Positions 1 to 8,106 of a stretch of 45,302 nt of DNA are shown here, piece after piece. The notes beneath the pieces are model-generated. The model worked only from the letters and a program-made list of their open reading frames with translations, was not told the DNA's origin and did no database searches. Every line of letters begins with the position of its first letter. Position 1 is the stretch's first letter. The translations under genes were made by a program, and so were the position numbers. The DNA comes from a virus. The stretch spans positions 1 to 45,302 of IMG/VR virus record IMGVR_UViG_3300021400_000002; one strand, 5' to 3'.

Positions 1-107
1 GTACTCTTCCACATGGCTGGAATAATACCGCGATAACGCCTCAGATACCCTCTCTGTGGCTTTCTCTGCCCACTCGGCTAACTTATCGGCTGATATCCTT
101 TCGGCGG
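1..107. repeat. Terminal direct repeat, identical to 45196-45302 (circular-assembly overlap or terminal redundancy); unit length 45,195 bp
   Basis: Both copies read gtactcttccacatggctgg...tatcctttcggcgg. An ORF continues in frame across the junction. Confidence 0.9.
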
Positions 108-228
108 TTACAGGCTTGTCTGTGTAGCTCTGAGCCGCTATCTGTTCAACTTCGGTCAGTTCCCTTGTCGGATAGTAGATACCATCAACAGGTATCATGC
201 TTGTATGCGTTATCTGTTTCCTAGCCAT
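1..228 (-). CDS. Hypothetical early protein, first 76 codons of an 81-aa ORF that crosses the circular junction
   Basis: ATG at 228 gives MARKQITHTSMIPVDGIYYPTRELTEVEQ...SSHVEEY. Base 1 ends a codon, and the last codons KGGFV plus TAA lie at 45178-45195. Confidence 0.6.
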   Translation of the reverse strand, partial: MARKQITHTSMIPVDGIYYPTRELTEVEQIAAQSYTDKPVTAERISADKLAEWAEKATERVSEALSRYYSSHVEEY

Positions 229-249
229 TTCATTCACTCCTGTTCGTTT

Positions 250-483
250 TCAGCTCAAACCGTAACGGTCGCGCATCTCCTTTTCACACCTCTTGTCACC
301 ACAGCTTACGGTTGATTCTAACTGCAAGCAAAGTGTTTCAGGGTCTATCACTGTATCAAGCGAGATTTGATGTTCTTTGCCACATATCGGGCATTTCGTC
401 CAGATACCGTCACTCTCTATGGGGATGTTAATGTCTGTCCCAAACTCGGTGCGGAGTTTAATGTAGAAATTGCTCTCGATCAT
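250..483 (-). CDS. Small zinc-ribbon-like protein (CPICGKE...CGDKRC)
   Basis: 77-aa ORF in track with two Cys pairs; tightly packed in the leftward early operon. Confidence 0.6.
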   Translation of the reverse strand: MIESNFYIKLRTEFGTDINIPIESDGIWTKCPICGKEHQISLDTVIDPETLCLQLESTVSCGDKRCEKEMRDRYGLS

Positions 484-498
484 TGATATCCCTCCTAT

Positions 499-1227
499 CT
501 AACTCAACAACTCTCTAAACTTCTCAACAGCCTTATCGTTATATTTAAACGAATCGACTTCTTTGCATGAATAGCGTGATTTATCACGATACCACTCACC
601 AAACTCTTCTGTTTTCATGCCATGTTTGTTGGATATTGAACCTATCCTTTGGGCTGATACTCCAAACATTGCGCCGATTTCAGTCGCTGTATACATCTTT
701 TGTTCGGAATGTGGAAGAGGAAAAATTTTTTCACCTGAAAGCACTTCTGCCGCTTTAGCTATCAATATGTTTTTATATTCCGCTGACAGTGTATCGACAT
801 TTGCAAGTTTAAGAAGTTGGTTTGACATTCTGACCTTTGCGTTCATCAGTTTTGCATCAACAGCTTTTGACTTATCAGAGTTGTCATAGTTATTAGGCAC
901 GGTGTAACTGCCTGTCTTGCGAATACTAGGCAGGATTTCACTTGTAACCCAGTGCTTAAATTCTTTTGCTTTCGGGAGCTTACTTGAAAGGATAAGACTG
1001 TAAAGTCCGCTTTCGTTGATAAGCCAACCGCCACGCTGTCCTAAACTCGATAACGTTTCGTTATTGAGTTTGTCGTATTCATCTACATGGTCTGCAAGTG
1101 CCTTGCTTGCATTCTGATACCCCAGTATTTCTGCCACATCCTTACCTACAAAGTAAGGCTCTCCGTTTACATCAAGTGTTCTTACCTTTCCAAAGTCGGG
1201 ATTCTCAAAAATTTTGATATTATCCAC
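499..1227 (-). CDS. Phage antirepressor (Bro-N/KilA-N-type N-terminus plus Ant-like C-terminus)
   Basis: N-terminus IKIFENPDFGKVRTLDVNGEPYFVGKDVAEILGY is the classic Bro-N motif. It lies directly downstream of the cro-like gene and ends in TAG. Confidence 0.85.
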   Translation of the reverse strand: MDNIKIFENPDFGKVRTLDVNGEPYFVGKDVAEILGYQNASKALADHVDEYDKLNNETLSSLGQRGGWLINESGLYSLILSSKLPKAKEFKHWVTSEILPSIRKTGSYTVPNNYDNSDKSKAVDAKLMNAKVRMSNQLLKLANVDTLSAEYKNILIAKAAEVLSGEKIFPLPHSEQKMYTATEIGAMFGVSAQRIGSISNKHGMKTEEFGEWYRDKSRYSCKEVDSFKYNDKAVEKFRELLS

Positions 1228-1244
1228 ATTTCATTCCCCTTTCT

Positions 1245-1481
1245 TCATCTCTCGTTTTCCCATTTCTGGGAAGGTTTGGCTAAAAAAATAGCCGCTTTTT
1301 CGTCATTGCTGGAAATGCCCAATATCTCACAAATTCTGTCTATCTCATCAGTGTCAAAACATGATCTGCCATTAACACGGCTCGACATCGTATTTGCGGA
1401 CATTTCAAGCTTTGCTGCAAGAGTGTCCTGCGTATATCCCTGCCTAACAATGACACTCTTAAAAAGATTTTTGTCTAACAA
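1245..1481 (-). CDS. cro: Cro-like XRE-family HTH regulator
   Basis: 78 aa with HTH GYTQDTLAAKLEMSANTMSSRVNG; divergent from the repressor gene across an operator-rich gap. Confidence 0.8.
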   Translation of the reverse strand: MLDKNLFKSVIVRQGYTQDTLAAKLEMSANTMSSRVNGRSCFDTDEIDRICEILGISSNDEKAAIFLAKPSQKWENER

Positions 1482-1506
1482 ATTATCACCCTTTCGTGTA
1501 AAATAT

Positions 1507-1614
1507 TTCCCACTTTTGGGAACAAGTACATTATATCACACATTTTGTGATTTGTCAACCCATTTTTGGGAAATTCTCAAAATTATTTTTTATTTGCTAT
1601 TGCAATTTTGGGAT
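1507..1614. promoter_or_regulatory. Three related operators of the genetic switch
   Basis: TTCCCAcTTTTGGGAA (1507-1522, palindromic), AACCCAtTTTTGGGAA (1557-1572, overlaps the leftward -35) and GCAATTTTGGGAT (1602-1614, inside the rightward spacer). Confidence 0.6.
1530..1558 (-). promoter_or_regulatory. Leftward early promoter
   Basis: Minus strand reads TTGACA, a 17-nt spacer, then TATAAT (-35 at 1553-1558, -10 at 1530-1535). Confidence 0.75.
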
Positions 1615-1628
1615 ATTTATGTTATAAT
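1600..1628 (+). promoter_or_regulatory. Rightward repressor promoter
   Basis: TTGCAA (1600-1605), 17 nt, TATAAT (1623-1628), followed by SD AGGAGGTGA and ATG at 1656. Confidence 0.7.
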
Positions 1629-1655
1629 GGTGTCACAGTCAGGAGGTGACTATAT

Positions 1656-2027
1656 ATGACAATTCAGGAGATTCAGGAATTACGCGCTAAAAGATTAAGT
1701 ATTGCAATTGAAAAGAGCGGATTAAGCTACCCAGAACTTGAAAAGCTTACTGGTATTCCTAAATCCTCTTTACAACGCTATGCAACAGGGGCTACAAAAA
1801 AGATTCCAATTGATTACATGGAAAAGATGGCAGATGCTTTAAATATAGATGCCAAATACTTGACCTTTGGAGAAAATGAAGAAAAGCCCGCCCCCACCGA
1901 TGATGAGAACGAGCTTTTAAAAGTTGTTAAAGAACTGAATGCGGAATATAAGTACACCGATTCACAGATCAGCCGTATTGCTAGCTATATGCGTTTTGTC
2001 GGAAACGAGGATAGCAGTGAAGAGTGA
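1656..2027 (+). CDS. cI: CI-like repressor (XRE HTH N-terminal domain)
   Basis: 123 aa with HTH LSYPELEKLTGIPKSSLQRYATG and a strong SD; same strand as the integrase. Confidence 0.85.
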   Translation: MTIQEIQELRAKRLSIAIEKSGLSYPELEKLTGIPKSSLQRYATGATKKIPIDYMEKMADALNIDAKYLTFGENEEKPAPTDDENELLKVVKELNAEYKYTDSQISRIASYMRFVGNEDSSEE

Positions 2028-2132
2028 TGCTATTTCTGCTTTATCGTCCGCGGTATATCCTAAAGCTATAAGCCCCCGCACGATTTCAGCAAATGCTTTC
2101 TCTTTTTCATCTTCCGTTAAAACGATATTCAT
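1962..2132 (-). CDS. Small hypothetical protein (56 aa) convergent with cI, overlapping its last 66 nt
   Basis: ATG at 2132 preceded by GGAGTG. Product MNIVLTEDEKEKAFAEIVRGLIALGYTADDKAEIAS... Driven by a consensus promoter at 2169-2197. Confidence 0.45.
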   Translation of the reverse strand: MNIVLTEDEKEKAFAEIVRGLIALGYTADDKAEIASLFTAILVSDKTHIASNTADL

Positions 2133-2168
2133 ACACTTCACACTCCATTCAATATTTAATGTGCTTAC

Positions 2169-2197
2169 ATTATAGCACATTTGTTCCTAAAATTCAA
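2169..2197 (-). promoter_or_regulatory. Strong minus-strand promoter firing into the 3' end of cI
   Basis: Minus strand reads TTGAAT (2192-2197), a 17-nt spacer, TGcTATAAT (-10 at 2169-2174). Confidence 0.7.
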
Positions 2198-2300
2198 TAG
2201 TTAACAGGGTATTAAATTACTCTGTAAAAAGTATATCAAACAAATAGGATTTATTCAAGACAAAAATTAGTAAACTTTCGGACAAAATTTCAACTTATTT

Positions 2301-2828
2301 TTGCAAAGGGGGATGATTCCATTGGAAAAAACCATGAAAGAACGTTTGAAAACTATTCAGTACATAGCTGATGTACACAACTTGACACCCGATGTAATAG
2401 CCGATATCGTGTACGAAAACGGAGGCACAGTTTCTACAGGCACTATCAAAAAGATGCTGAGTGAAGATGCAGAGAAAAAAGGATACCATTATCAGACTGT
2501 TGCTGACGTTCACAACGCTCTTGTAGCAAAATTCGGAGAAGATTACAATATCAACGATCTTGAAACGCTCCAACGGATCATCAAAGAGCGTGATAGGCAG
2601 ATTGACAGCCTTATGATGCAGAATGAGGAACTGCAAGAAGCCAATGGCAGTGATTTTGAGCGCAGATTGCGTGTGTTTGACGAACGAAAAACAGCTTATG
2701 AACACACTATAGCAATATTGGAACAGCAGATAGATAGGCTTTTTGTTCGCCTTGATGATCGTGAAAAGGTTATAGCCCACAAAGATGAGATTATTGAAAA
2801 GATGTTAGAAAGACTATGCAAGGAGTGA
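2301..2828 (+). CDS. Hypothetical lysogeny-arm protein with a helical N-domain and a long coiled coil; start ambiguous (2313, 2322 or 2334)
   Basis: 175-aa ORF. C-terminal half is heptad-rich (RDRQIDSLMMQNEELQEANG...EQQIDRLFVRLDDRE). The opposite-strand ORF 2295-2780 looks like a shadow. Confidence 0.7.
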   Translation: MQRGMIPLEKTMKERLKTIQYIADVHNLTPDVIADIVYENGGTVSTGTIKKMLSEDAEKKGYHYQTVADVHNALVAKFGEDYNINDLETLQRIIKERDRQIDSLMMQNEELQEANGSDFERRLRVFDERKTAYEHTIAILEQQIDRLFVRLDDREKVIAHKDEIIEKMLERLCKE

Positions 2829-2832
2829 TAAT

Positions 2833-3387
2833 ATGAATAAGAAGTTAGCAAGTATTTTAGCAATAGCATTATGTTTATCGTCCTGCGGCTCAACCGGGAC
2901 AAGCACTCCATCTCAGGCAGAGACTACCACAACAGCGGCAAGTGAAGCAGACAGCCAACAGTACGAAGACTTGACCATAGATGATATTATCTTCCCGGGA
3001 GAAATCAAAACCGAAATAAAATATAAAAGAACAGGATATTATAGGATATCTATTGATGGCAAATGGGATTTGATGCTTGATGAGAGGGCACAAGATGGGG
3101 ATATCTTGTGGGACACGGAAGAAGATGATGCAAGGCTTAATTTTGTGATGATGGTATCCTCCGAGTCAGACTACGATACTCTTGTCAACACAAAAGTTGA
3201 TACTACGAAATCCGATGTAAACGGCTATACAGTCTATGTTTTTAAGTACAATGGCAAAACTTGCTATACTGCTTGCCGTATACTGGGCGATAGCAAGTAT
3301 ATGCTTTCGGTTGATGATACAATATACGATATTCCCTCTGAAGAAGAATTCAATTCAGTAATTGAAAAGCTGAAAATAGCACCATAA
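2833..3387 (+). CDS. Prophage lipoprotein
   Basis: Signal peptide with lipobox MNKKLASILAIALCLSS|CGS; ATG lies 5 nt after the upstream stop. Confidence 0.8.
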   Translation: MNKKLASILAIALCLSSCGSTGTSTPSQAETTTTAASEADSQQYEDLTIDDIIFPGEIKTEIKYKRTGYYRISIDGKWDLMLDERAQDGDILWDTEEDDARLNFVMMVSSESDYDTLVNTKVDTTKSDVNGYTVYVFKYNGKTCYTACRILGDSKYMLSVDDTIYDIPSEEEFNSVIEKLKIAP

Positions 3388-3436
3388 AAAAGCCCATCAG
3401 TAAATCTGGTGGGCTAATCTATAAAGGAGTGATTGA

Positions 3437-4858
3437 ATGAAAATAGCAGCCGCATATATCCGTGTATCAACCGATGATCAGACGGAGTTGTCTCCGGACA
3501 GTCAGATCAAGCAGATACGCGAATATGCAAAGTCCCATGACTACATCGTTCCCGAAGAGTTTATTTACCGCGATGACGGCATATCTGGACGTAAGACCAA
3601 GAACCGACCTGCATTTGCCCAAATGATAGCAACAGCGAAATCAAAAAAGCCACCTTTTGAGGCTATCTTAGTATGGAAGTTTAGCCGTTTTGCAAGAAAC
3701 AGAGAGGATAGCATAGTCTACAAGTCCATGCTGAAGAAGCAGGGCATTGACGTTATCAGCATATCTGAGCCTGTCGGTGACGATAAGATGTCAGTGCTCA
3801 TTGAAGCCATGATTGAAGCTATGGACGAGTACTATTCGCTTAACCTTTCGGAAGAGGTAACAAGAGGTATGCTTGAAAAGCTTTCACGCGGCAAATGCGT
3901 TAACTCTGCTCCACTCGGCTACTACTTCAAGGATGGCGAACTGGTCATAGACGAGGAAAAGGCTGAGATAGTCCGCTGGATATACGCAGATTTCCTTGAT
4001 GGTGTTCCTATAGTACAGATAGCACGAAATCTAAACGCTGAGGGCATAAAAACGCTATATGGCAAGCAATTTGAGAACCGCAGTATAGAATATATACTTC
4101 GAAATCCGCTGTACTGTGGCAAGCTACGTTTTACCAAGGGTGGAGGTTCTAAGAGCCACTACCATAAATGCGAGGATGTGATGATTGTAGACGGCACACA
4201 TGAACCTATAATCGCGCTTGACGATTGGAATAGAGCTGCCGAAAAGATACAAGCCATAAAAGCAAAGCACCGTAAATATTATCACGAATACGCCAACAAA
4301 CACACTCTGATGCTTACCGGGCTTTTGCGATGCTCAACGTGCGGAGCATCACTCACGCATTCCGCAGACGGATATCAGTGCATCAAGTATATTCACGGAT
4401 TCTGCAATGTATCGCATTATGTCAGCCAAAACAAGATACACAAAGCTGTTATCGCAGCCCTGAGCGATGCATCTATCGGAGATATCCACATCTCTCCCAA
4501 AGTGCAAAAGCCAAAGACCACCGACAACACAGCAAAGCTGATAGCACGTGAAGAAGCCAAGCTTGATAGAGTAAAGGATGCTTATGCCGCTGGCATAGAC
4601 ACTCTTGAGGAATACAAGGAAAACAAGCAAAAGATAATTGCTGAGATAGAAAGACTTAAATCCACACAGGCACAAGAAAAGCCTGCTGCCATCAACATGG
4701 AAGACATACAGGCTAAGAGGCTATCGTTCTTAGAAATGGCAAGTGATCCCGAAGCATCACCTGAGATGCTGAACAGCGCACTCAAAGAATTCATTGATTA
4801 CATCGTATACGACAAGGCAAGTGAGCATATCACTATTTTTTATTCTCGCACATTATAA
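3437..4858 (+). CDS. int: Large serine recombinase (integrase)
   Basis: N-terminus AAYIRVSTDDQ...SPDSQ (resolvase catalytic motif), a recombinase domain, a Cys-rich zinc ribbon CSTCGASL...C and a C-terminal coiled coil; 473 aa. Confidence 0.92.
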   Translation: MKIAAAYIRVSTDDQTELSPDSQIKQIREYAKSHDYIVPEEFIYRDDGISGRKTKNRPAFAQMIATAKSKKPPFEAILVWKFSRFARNREDSIVYKSMLKKQGIDVISISEPVGDDKMSVLIEAMIEAMDEYYSLNLSEEVTRGMLEKLSRGKCVNSAPLGYYFKDGELVIDEEKAEIVRWIYADFLDGVPIVQIARNLNAEGIKTLYGKQFENRSIEYILRNPLYCGKLRFTKGGGSKSHYHKCEDVMIVDGTHEPIIALDDWNRAAEKIQAIKAKHRKYYHEYANKHTLMLTGLLRCSTCGASLTHSADGYQCIKYIHGFCNVSHYVSQNKIHKAVIAALSDASIGDIHISPKVQKPKTTDNTAKLIAREEAKLDRVKDAYAAGIDTLEEYKENKQKIIAEIERLKSTQAQEKPAAINMEDIQAKRLSFLEMASDPEASPEMLNSALKEFIDYIVYDKASEHITIFYSRTL

Positions 4859-4967
4859 CATTTTGCAATAAGTCCCACCAAACTACAAATTGTTATAGTA
4901 CTCTAAAACCGCCTATTTTGGGGAGTTTTCTTTGATGTCATTTTCAAGCAATCAACGATGAGCGCAT

Positions 4968-5150
4968 TCAATCTTTTTCCATAGCTTCATCTATCACCCT
5001 GTTAATAAATCCATTCATGCTTTCGTTATGGCGGTCTGCATAATCTTTTATTCGTTCCTTTTTCCCTTTAGGCATTCTGATCTGATAGATGTCATAGTTG
5101 TTTTTGACATACTTAGCAACAGCCTTTTGTTGTGCTTTACTTGCTGGCAT
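4968..5150 (-). CDS. Ribbon-helix-helix (Arc/CopG-like) DNA-binding protein
   Basis: 60 aa. YQIRMPKGKKERIKDYADRHNESMNGFINRVIDEAM fits a beta-strand plus two-helix RHH. SD AGAGGGTGA. Divergent from the operator array. Confidence 0.65.
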   Translation of the reverse strand: MPASKAQQKAVAKYVKNNYDIYQIRMPKGKKERIKDYADRHNESMNGFINRVIDEAMEKD

Positions 5151-5175
5151 TATATCACCCTCTTTCTATAATAAA

Positions 5176-5204
5176 ATTGTACCATAAATCTATATTGAAT
5201 ACAA
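5176..5204 (-). promoter_or_regulatory. Candidate promoter for the RHH gene
   Basis: Minus strand reads TTGTAT (5199-5204), 17 nt, TACAAT (5176-5181). The -35 is overlapped by operator 1. Confidence 0.5.
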
Positions 5205-5273
5205 TATACAAATTGCATAATATATTGAATGCAATATCATCTATTTTGCCTATTGATATATTGAATTCAATAT
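5192..5273. promoter_or_regulatory. Three 16-bp palindromic operators ATATTGAAnnCAATAT
   Basis: 5192-5207 ATATTGAATACAATAT; 5222-5237 ATATTGAATGCAATAT; 5258-5273 ATATTGAATTCAATAT (perfect palindrome). Confidence 0.7.
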
Positions 5274-5281
5274 GCTATAAT
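5253..5281 (+). promoter_or_regulatory. Promoter for the two small plus-strand ORFs
   Basis: TTGATA (5253-5258), 17 nt, TGcTATAAT (-10 at 5276-5281). The perfect palindrome fills the spacer. Confidence 0.7.
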
Positions 5282-5324
5282 ATAGACAAGATAAGAGATA
5301 ACCCAAGACCAAGGAGGTATTCAT

Positions 5325-5483
5325 ATGAAACTTATAATTACTAGAGTAAGAATAATAAAGGTCATGGATACTTATCAGGTATCTCATGATGGAAATCTTG
5401 TAGGTACATTTTACAACAAGAAAGATGCAAAAGAGTTCGCTGATATGCTGAACAAAATGTACGGATATATCAAGGAGGTATGA
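5325..5483 (+). CDS. Small hypothetical protein (52 aa)
   Basis: SD AAGGAGG 5 nt upstream of ATG 5325. Product MKLIITRVRIIKVMDTYQVSHDGNLVGTFYNKKDAKEFADMLNKMYGYIKEV. Below the ORF-track cutoff. Confidence 0.6.
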   Translation: MKLIITRVRIIKVMDTYQVSHDGNLVGTFYNKKDAKEFADMLNKMYGYIKEV

Positions 5484-5486
5484 ACC

Positions 5487-5660
5487 ATGAACATCACATA
5501 CAAGCGCAGCACAGATGATGCTTTCATCCTTGAAGCATACATAGACAATGAGCCATTCGCATGGATAAGAGAGATTGAGACAGGATTTGCAGTCTATACC
5601 GCGATATCGGTCAAAAAGTTCAAGACACTTGCAGAAGCCCTTGAATACATCGAAAGATAA
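5487..5660 (+). CDS. Small hypothetical protein (57 aa)
   Basis: SD AAGGAGG inside the end of the previous ORF; ATG 5487. Product MNITYKRSTDDAFILEAYIDNEPFAWIREIETGFAVYTAISVKKFKTLAEALEYIER. Confidence 0.6.
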   Translation: MNITYKRSTDDAFILEAYIDNEPFAWIREIETGFAVYTAISVKKFKTLAEALEYIER

Positions 5661-5664
5661 GACA

Positions 5665-5696
5665 AACTCCCGAGGATTTCTCGGGAGTTGCTTTTC
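5665..5696. terminator. Bidirectional intrinsic terminator
   Basis: 10-bp stem AACTCCCGAG/CTCGGGAGTT with loop GATTT, T-rich on both sides. It sits between convergent genes ending at 5660 (+) and 5695 (-). Confidence 0.8.
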
Positions 5697-6024
5697 ATTC
5701 TGATAATCGCCGCATTACGCTCCTATAAAGCGGCTTATCAATTGCATAGAGTGTAGCCATAAGTTCTTCGATGATGCTCCATGCTTGCATACTGTTCATG
5801 CCGCTAACTGCTTGACCGAATTCGCTCTCACTCGAATAGGTCACAGTGTCAATACCGCCCGAATCAGCTGAATATCCGCGTGTTGTCGGTATCTGTTCGG
5901 AAATCCCGAACAGTTCATGCTGAATGGTATAGTATGCTGCCAGTTTGTAGCAAGTATGAGCATCAGGATCACGTTCTCCGAGACATTCGGCAATAGCCGC
6001 TTGTAACTCTTGCTCAGTAATCAT
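5695..6024 (-). CDS. Hypothetical cargo protein (109 aa)
   Basis: ORF in track, MITEQELQAAIAECLGERDPDAHTCYKLAAYYTIQHELFG...; last gene of the accessory operon. Confidence 0.7.
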   Translation of the reverse strand: MITEQELQAAIAECLGERDPDAHTCYKLAAYYTIQHELFGISEQIPTTRGYSADSGGIDTVTYSSESEFGQAVSGMNSMQAWSIIEELMATLYAIDKPLYRSVMRRLSE

Positions 6025-6042
6025 CGGCTATCACCTGCCCTG

Positions 6043-6474
6043 TTACATTTCGCCGAGCTTTTTCATGAAGCGTTTGATTTCCTGCTTTTTCTCAGGCTCA
6101 TCAACCATGTTCATATACTCATGGAGCTTGCCCATCAAGTCATCTTCGGCTTCATCTCGGCTGTATCTACCCATGTCATCACGGCGTACATTACCCATTC
6201 TGCCTCTGGCATTGCTCATGCCTCTCATATCGCCGTCATAGCTTCTGCCACCGCGAGTATTACTGCGATTGCCGTTTCTGTTGTACTCATAGCCCCTGCC
6301 ATCGTTTGAGTAGTCGATTTCATTTTCCATAGCTTCATTGGTAAGCAGAGCCATTTTCAGCTTTGCGAGGTTTTTTGCATACTCAATTTCACGTTCGCTG
6401 AGGTCTCCTGTTGTCTCAACTTTGCGATCCATCTTTTCAAGTTCTCGGTCTGTATAATTGCATAATCCGTGCAT
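6043..6474 (-). CDS. Hypothetical cargo protein with an Arg/Gly/Asn/Met-rich low-complexity core (143 aa)
   Basis: Helical ends flank GRGYEYNRNGNRSNTRGGRSYDGDMRGMSNARGRMGNVRRDDMGRY. Confidence 0.7.
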   Translation of the reverse strand: MHGLCNYTDRELEKMDRKVETTGDLSEREIEYAKNLAKLKMALLTNEAMENEIDYSNDGRGYEYNRNGNRSNTRGGRSYDGDMRGMSNARGRMGNVRRDDMGRYSRDEAEDDLMGKLHEYMNMVDEPEKKQEIKRFMKKLGEM

Positions 6475-6487
6475 ATGTATCCTCCTT

Positions 6488-6943
6488 TCAGGCTATTCTT
6501 GTAACACTTATCGATGCTCCACGCCTTACCGCAAGCGAGGGAGTAGGTGTAACAGCCGCATCATCTACCGTTGCATCAACGTATGCTGCTGACACGGATA
6601 CACAGCATCCGCAAGGTACTGTGATCGGGATAGATGTGTTGATGTGCCAGTATTCTCCTACTGCCGCAGGAGTAACTATCGCAATGCTATCGGGGATAGC
6701 AACACCATTGATCGTAATAGCAACAGCTATCGGTGTTACTTCTCCGTCTTCAGGTATCGCGATGTTACCCTGAACTGTTACCTCATATCTTGCGAAGCGG
6801 TTAGTCGTGTTGCCCTTCAAGGTAAGAACTCCTGTAGTAATAGGGATTACATTTCCTTTACTACATGGGATAGATACAATGTCAAATGGAATAGTGCCAT
6901 TCAAAGCAACATTATTGTCAGTTGACGTAATATACCTCGGCAT
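6488..6943 (-). CDS. Beta-rich protein, tentatively BclA C-terminal/C1q-TNF-like jelly roll (151 aa)
   Basis: Alternating beta pattern, ...AVAITINGVAIPDS... and C-terminal ASISVTRIA resemble my recollection of the BclA C-terminal domain. Contains a PCGCC motif. Confidence 0.45.
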   Translation of the reverse strand: MPRYITSTDNNVALNGTIPFDIVSIPCSKGNVIPITTGVLTLKGNTTNRFARYEVTVQGNIAIPEDGEVTPIAVAITINGVAIPDSIAIVTPAAVGEYWHINTSIPITVPCGCCVSVSAAYVDATVDDAAVTPTPSLAVRRGASISVTRIA

Positions 6944-6956
6944 GATATCACCTCAC

Positions 6957-7946
6957 TTAACCGTTGGCAAAACCATAGCCGCCACAGCCACAGCCTGCAT
7001 TACTGCCTGCTACGTTCTGTGAACAAGTAAAGATAGGCTGATTACCATATACGGGCACGGTGTTTACAGGACAGTTCTTCAGCCTGTTATACAGAGCATC
7101 TATCTCATTGTTCTGTCCTGCAAGGATAGTTGCTGTCTGAGCTGTCTGTGAAGCCTGCATGTTAGCCATGTTGACAGCGTTCTGAAGACCGATATTTTCT
7201 CTCTGAGCCTGTGCGAGCTGAGATTTCACGCCGTCAAGTTCAAGAGCACACAGCTTGTCAAGGATTGCCTGTGTGCCTCTGGTCTGACTGTCTATGATGT
7301 CTCTTGTGTTGTTTGCATCCGCAAAGCGTGTTGCGTTGCCCTCGTTCTGCACGATGTTCTGGGTCTGGCAAGTAGCAAGCCTGTTGTCACAGCAGCACTG
7401 AGCCAGCTGTGAGGACAGATTGGTCAGCCCCTGAGTGTTAGCTGTCTGAGCCGCGAAGGATCTCTCCAGTGCAGCTATCTCGTTACCATACATCTGCTGT
7501 GTAAGTGCGTTCTGTGCGCCTGTGATAGCGGATACAATGCCATTGCCTGTCTGGCTTATGTTCTGGTTAACTCCTGCAAAGCCTCCGCAGAGTGCTGTCT
7601 GAACGTCACCGAAGCCGCTTGTTACCGCGTTCTGGATACTGTTAACGCTGGTGTTCAGCATCTGCTCCCTGAAACCGTCATTGATGTTCTGGCTATTGTT
7701 CAGCCAAGGATAGAGACCGAAGCCGTCCATCATGCCCATTCCCATCATTGCACCGTAACCGCCGCCAAAGCCACCAAAGCCGAAGCCGCCATTACACAGC
7801 GCGATCAGGAACAGGATTCCAAGCCAACTGTCTCCGCCATTGCCGAACAGTCCGCCGCCAAAGTTGCCGCCATAGGGCATTGAGTAAGCTGGTGCTACTG
7901 GCATATTGAAGCCTACACCGTTTTCATCTGTAAGTGCCATATGCAC
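6957..7946 (-). CDS. Gly-rich, membrane-anchored, Gln/Asn-rich and Cys-cluster protein of unknown function (329 aa)
   Basis: N-terminus GGNFGGGLFGNGG, then hydrophobic WLGILFLIALC, then GGFGFGGFGGGYG. Long Q/N-rich helical region with QCCCDNRLATC. C-terminus GCGCGGYGFANG. Confidence 0.7.
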   Translation of the reverse strand: MHMALTDENGVGFNMPVAPAYSMPYGGNFGGGLFGNGGDSWLGILFLIALCNGGFGFGGFGGGYGAMMGMGMMDGFGLYPWLNNSQNINDGFREQMLNTSVNSIQNAVTSGFGDVQTALCGGFAGVNQNISQTGNGIVSAITGAQNALTQQMYGNEIAALERSFAAQTANTQGLTNLSSQLAQCCCDNRLATCQTQNIVQNEGNATRFADANNTRDIIDSQTRGTQAILDKLCALELDGVKSQLAQAQRENIGLQNAVNMANMQASQTAQTATILAGQNNEIDALYNRLKNCPVNTVPVYGNQPIFTCSQNVAGSNAGCGCGGYGFANG

Positions 7947-7954
7947 TCCTTTCT

Positions 7955-8004
7955 CCCCAAATTGTTAGGGGTCAGCGACTATCTCCTAAGTTTTGTGATA
8001 GTCG
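7955..8004 (-). promoter_or_regulatory. Structured 5' UTR upstream of the Gly-rich gene
   Basis: 8-bp inverted repeat CGACTATC/GATAGTCG (7976-7983 and 7997-8004) and CCCC/GGGG (7955-7958 and 7968-7971), just upstream of SD GAAAGGAG. Confidence 0.4.
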
Positions 8005-8060
8005 GTTTATATCAAGGCTTATGCCTAGATATCATTAAGACCAAGATTTGCGTTTTTCTT

Positions 8061-8106
8061 ACAAAAAAGAGCATTAAGAAACTCAAAATCAGCCGTTTTT
8101 GAGTTT
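8061..8106 (-). terminator. Candidate intrinsic terminator splitting the cargo operon
   Basis: 10-bp stem AAACTCAAAA/TTTTGAGTTT (8079-8106) overlapping the stop of the 75-aa gene; U tract a few nt downstream on the minus strand. Confidence 0.45.

Noticed and set aside
1-107. Interpreting the 107-bp end repeat as LTR/IS-type terminal repeats or att sites of an integrated element.
   Set aside because: The repeat lies inside a coding sequence that is continuous across the join, and there is no host-like flank. Assembly overlap of a circular or permuted genome is the simpler explanation.
1087-1659. Plus-strand 190-aa ORF spanning the antirepressor, cro and switch region.
   Set aside because: It runs antisense to two well-supported genes and straight through the operator/promoter region, and has no SD. 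It is a shadow ORF.
2295-2780. Minus-strand 161-aa ORF overlapping the plus-strand 2301-2828 gene.
   Set aside because: The plus-strand product has a coherent helical/coiled-coil sequence and fits the lysogeny-arm orientation. The minus-strand product is Phe/Ile/Cys-rich shadow sequence.
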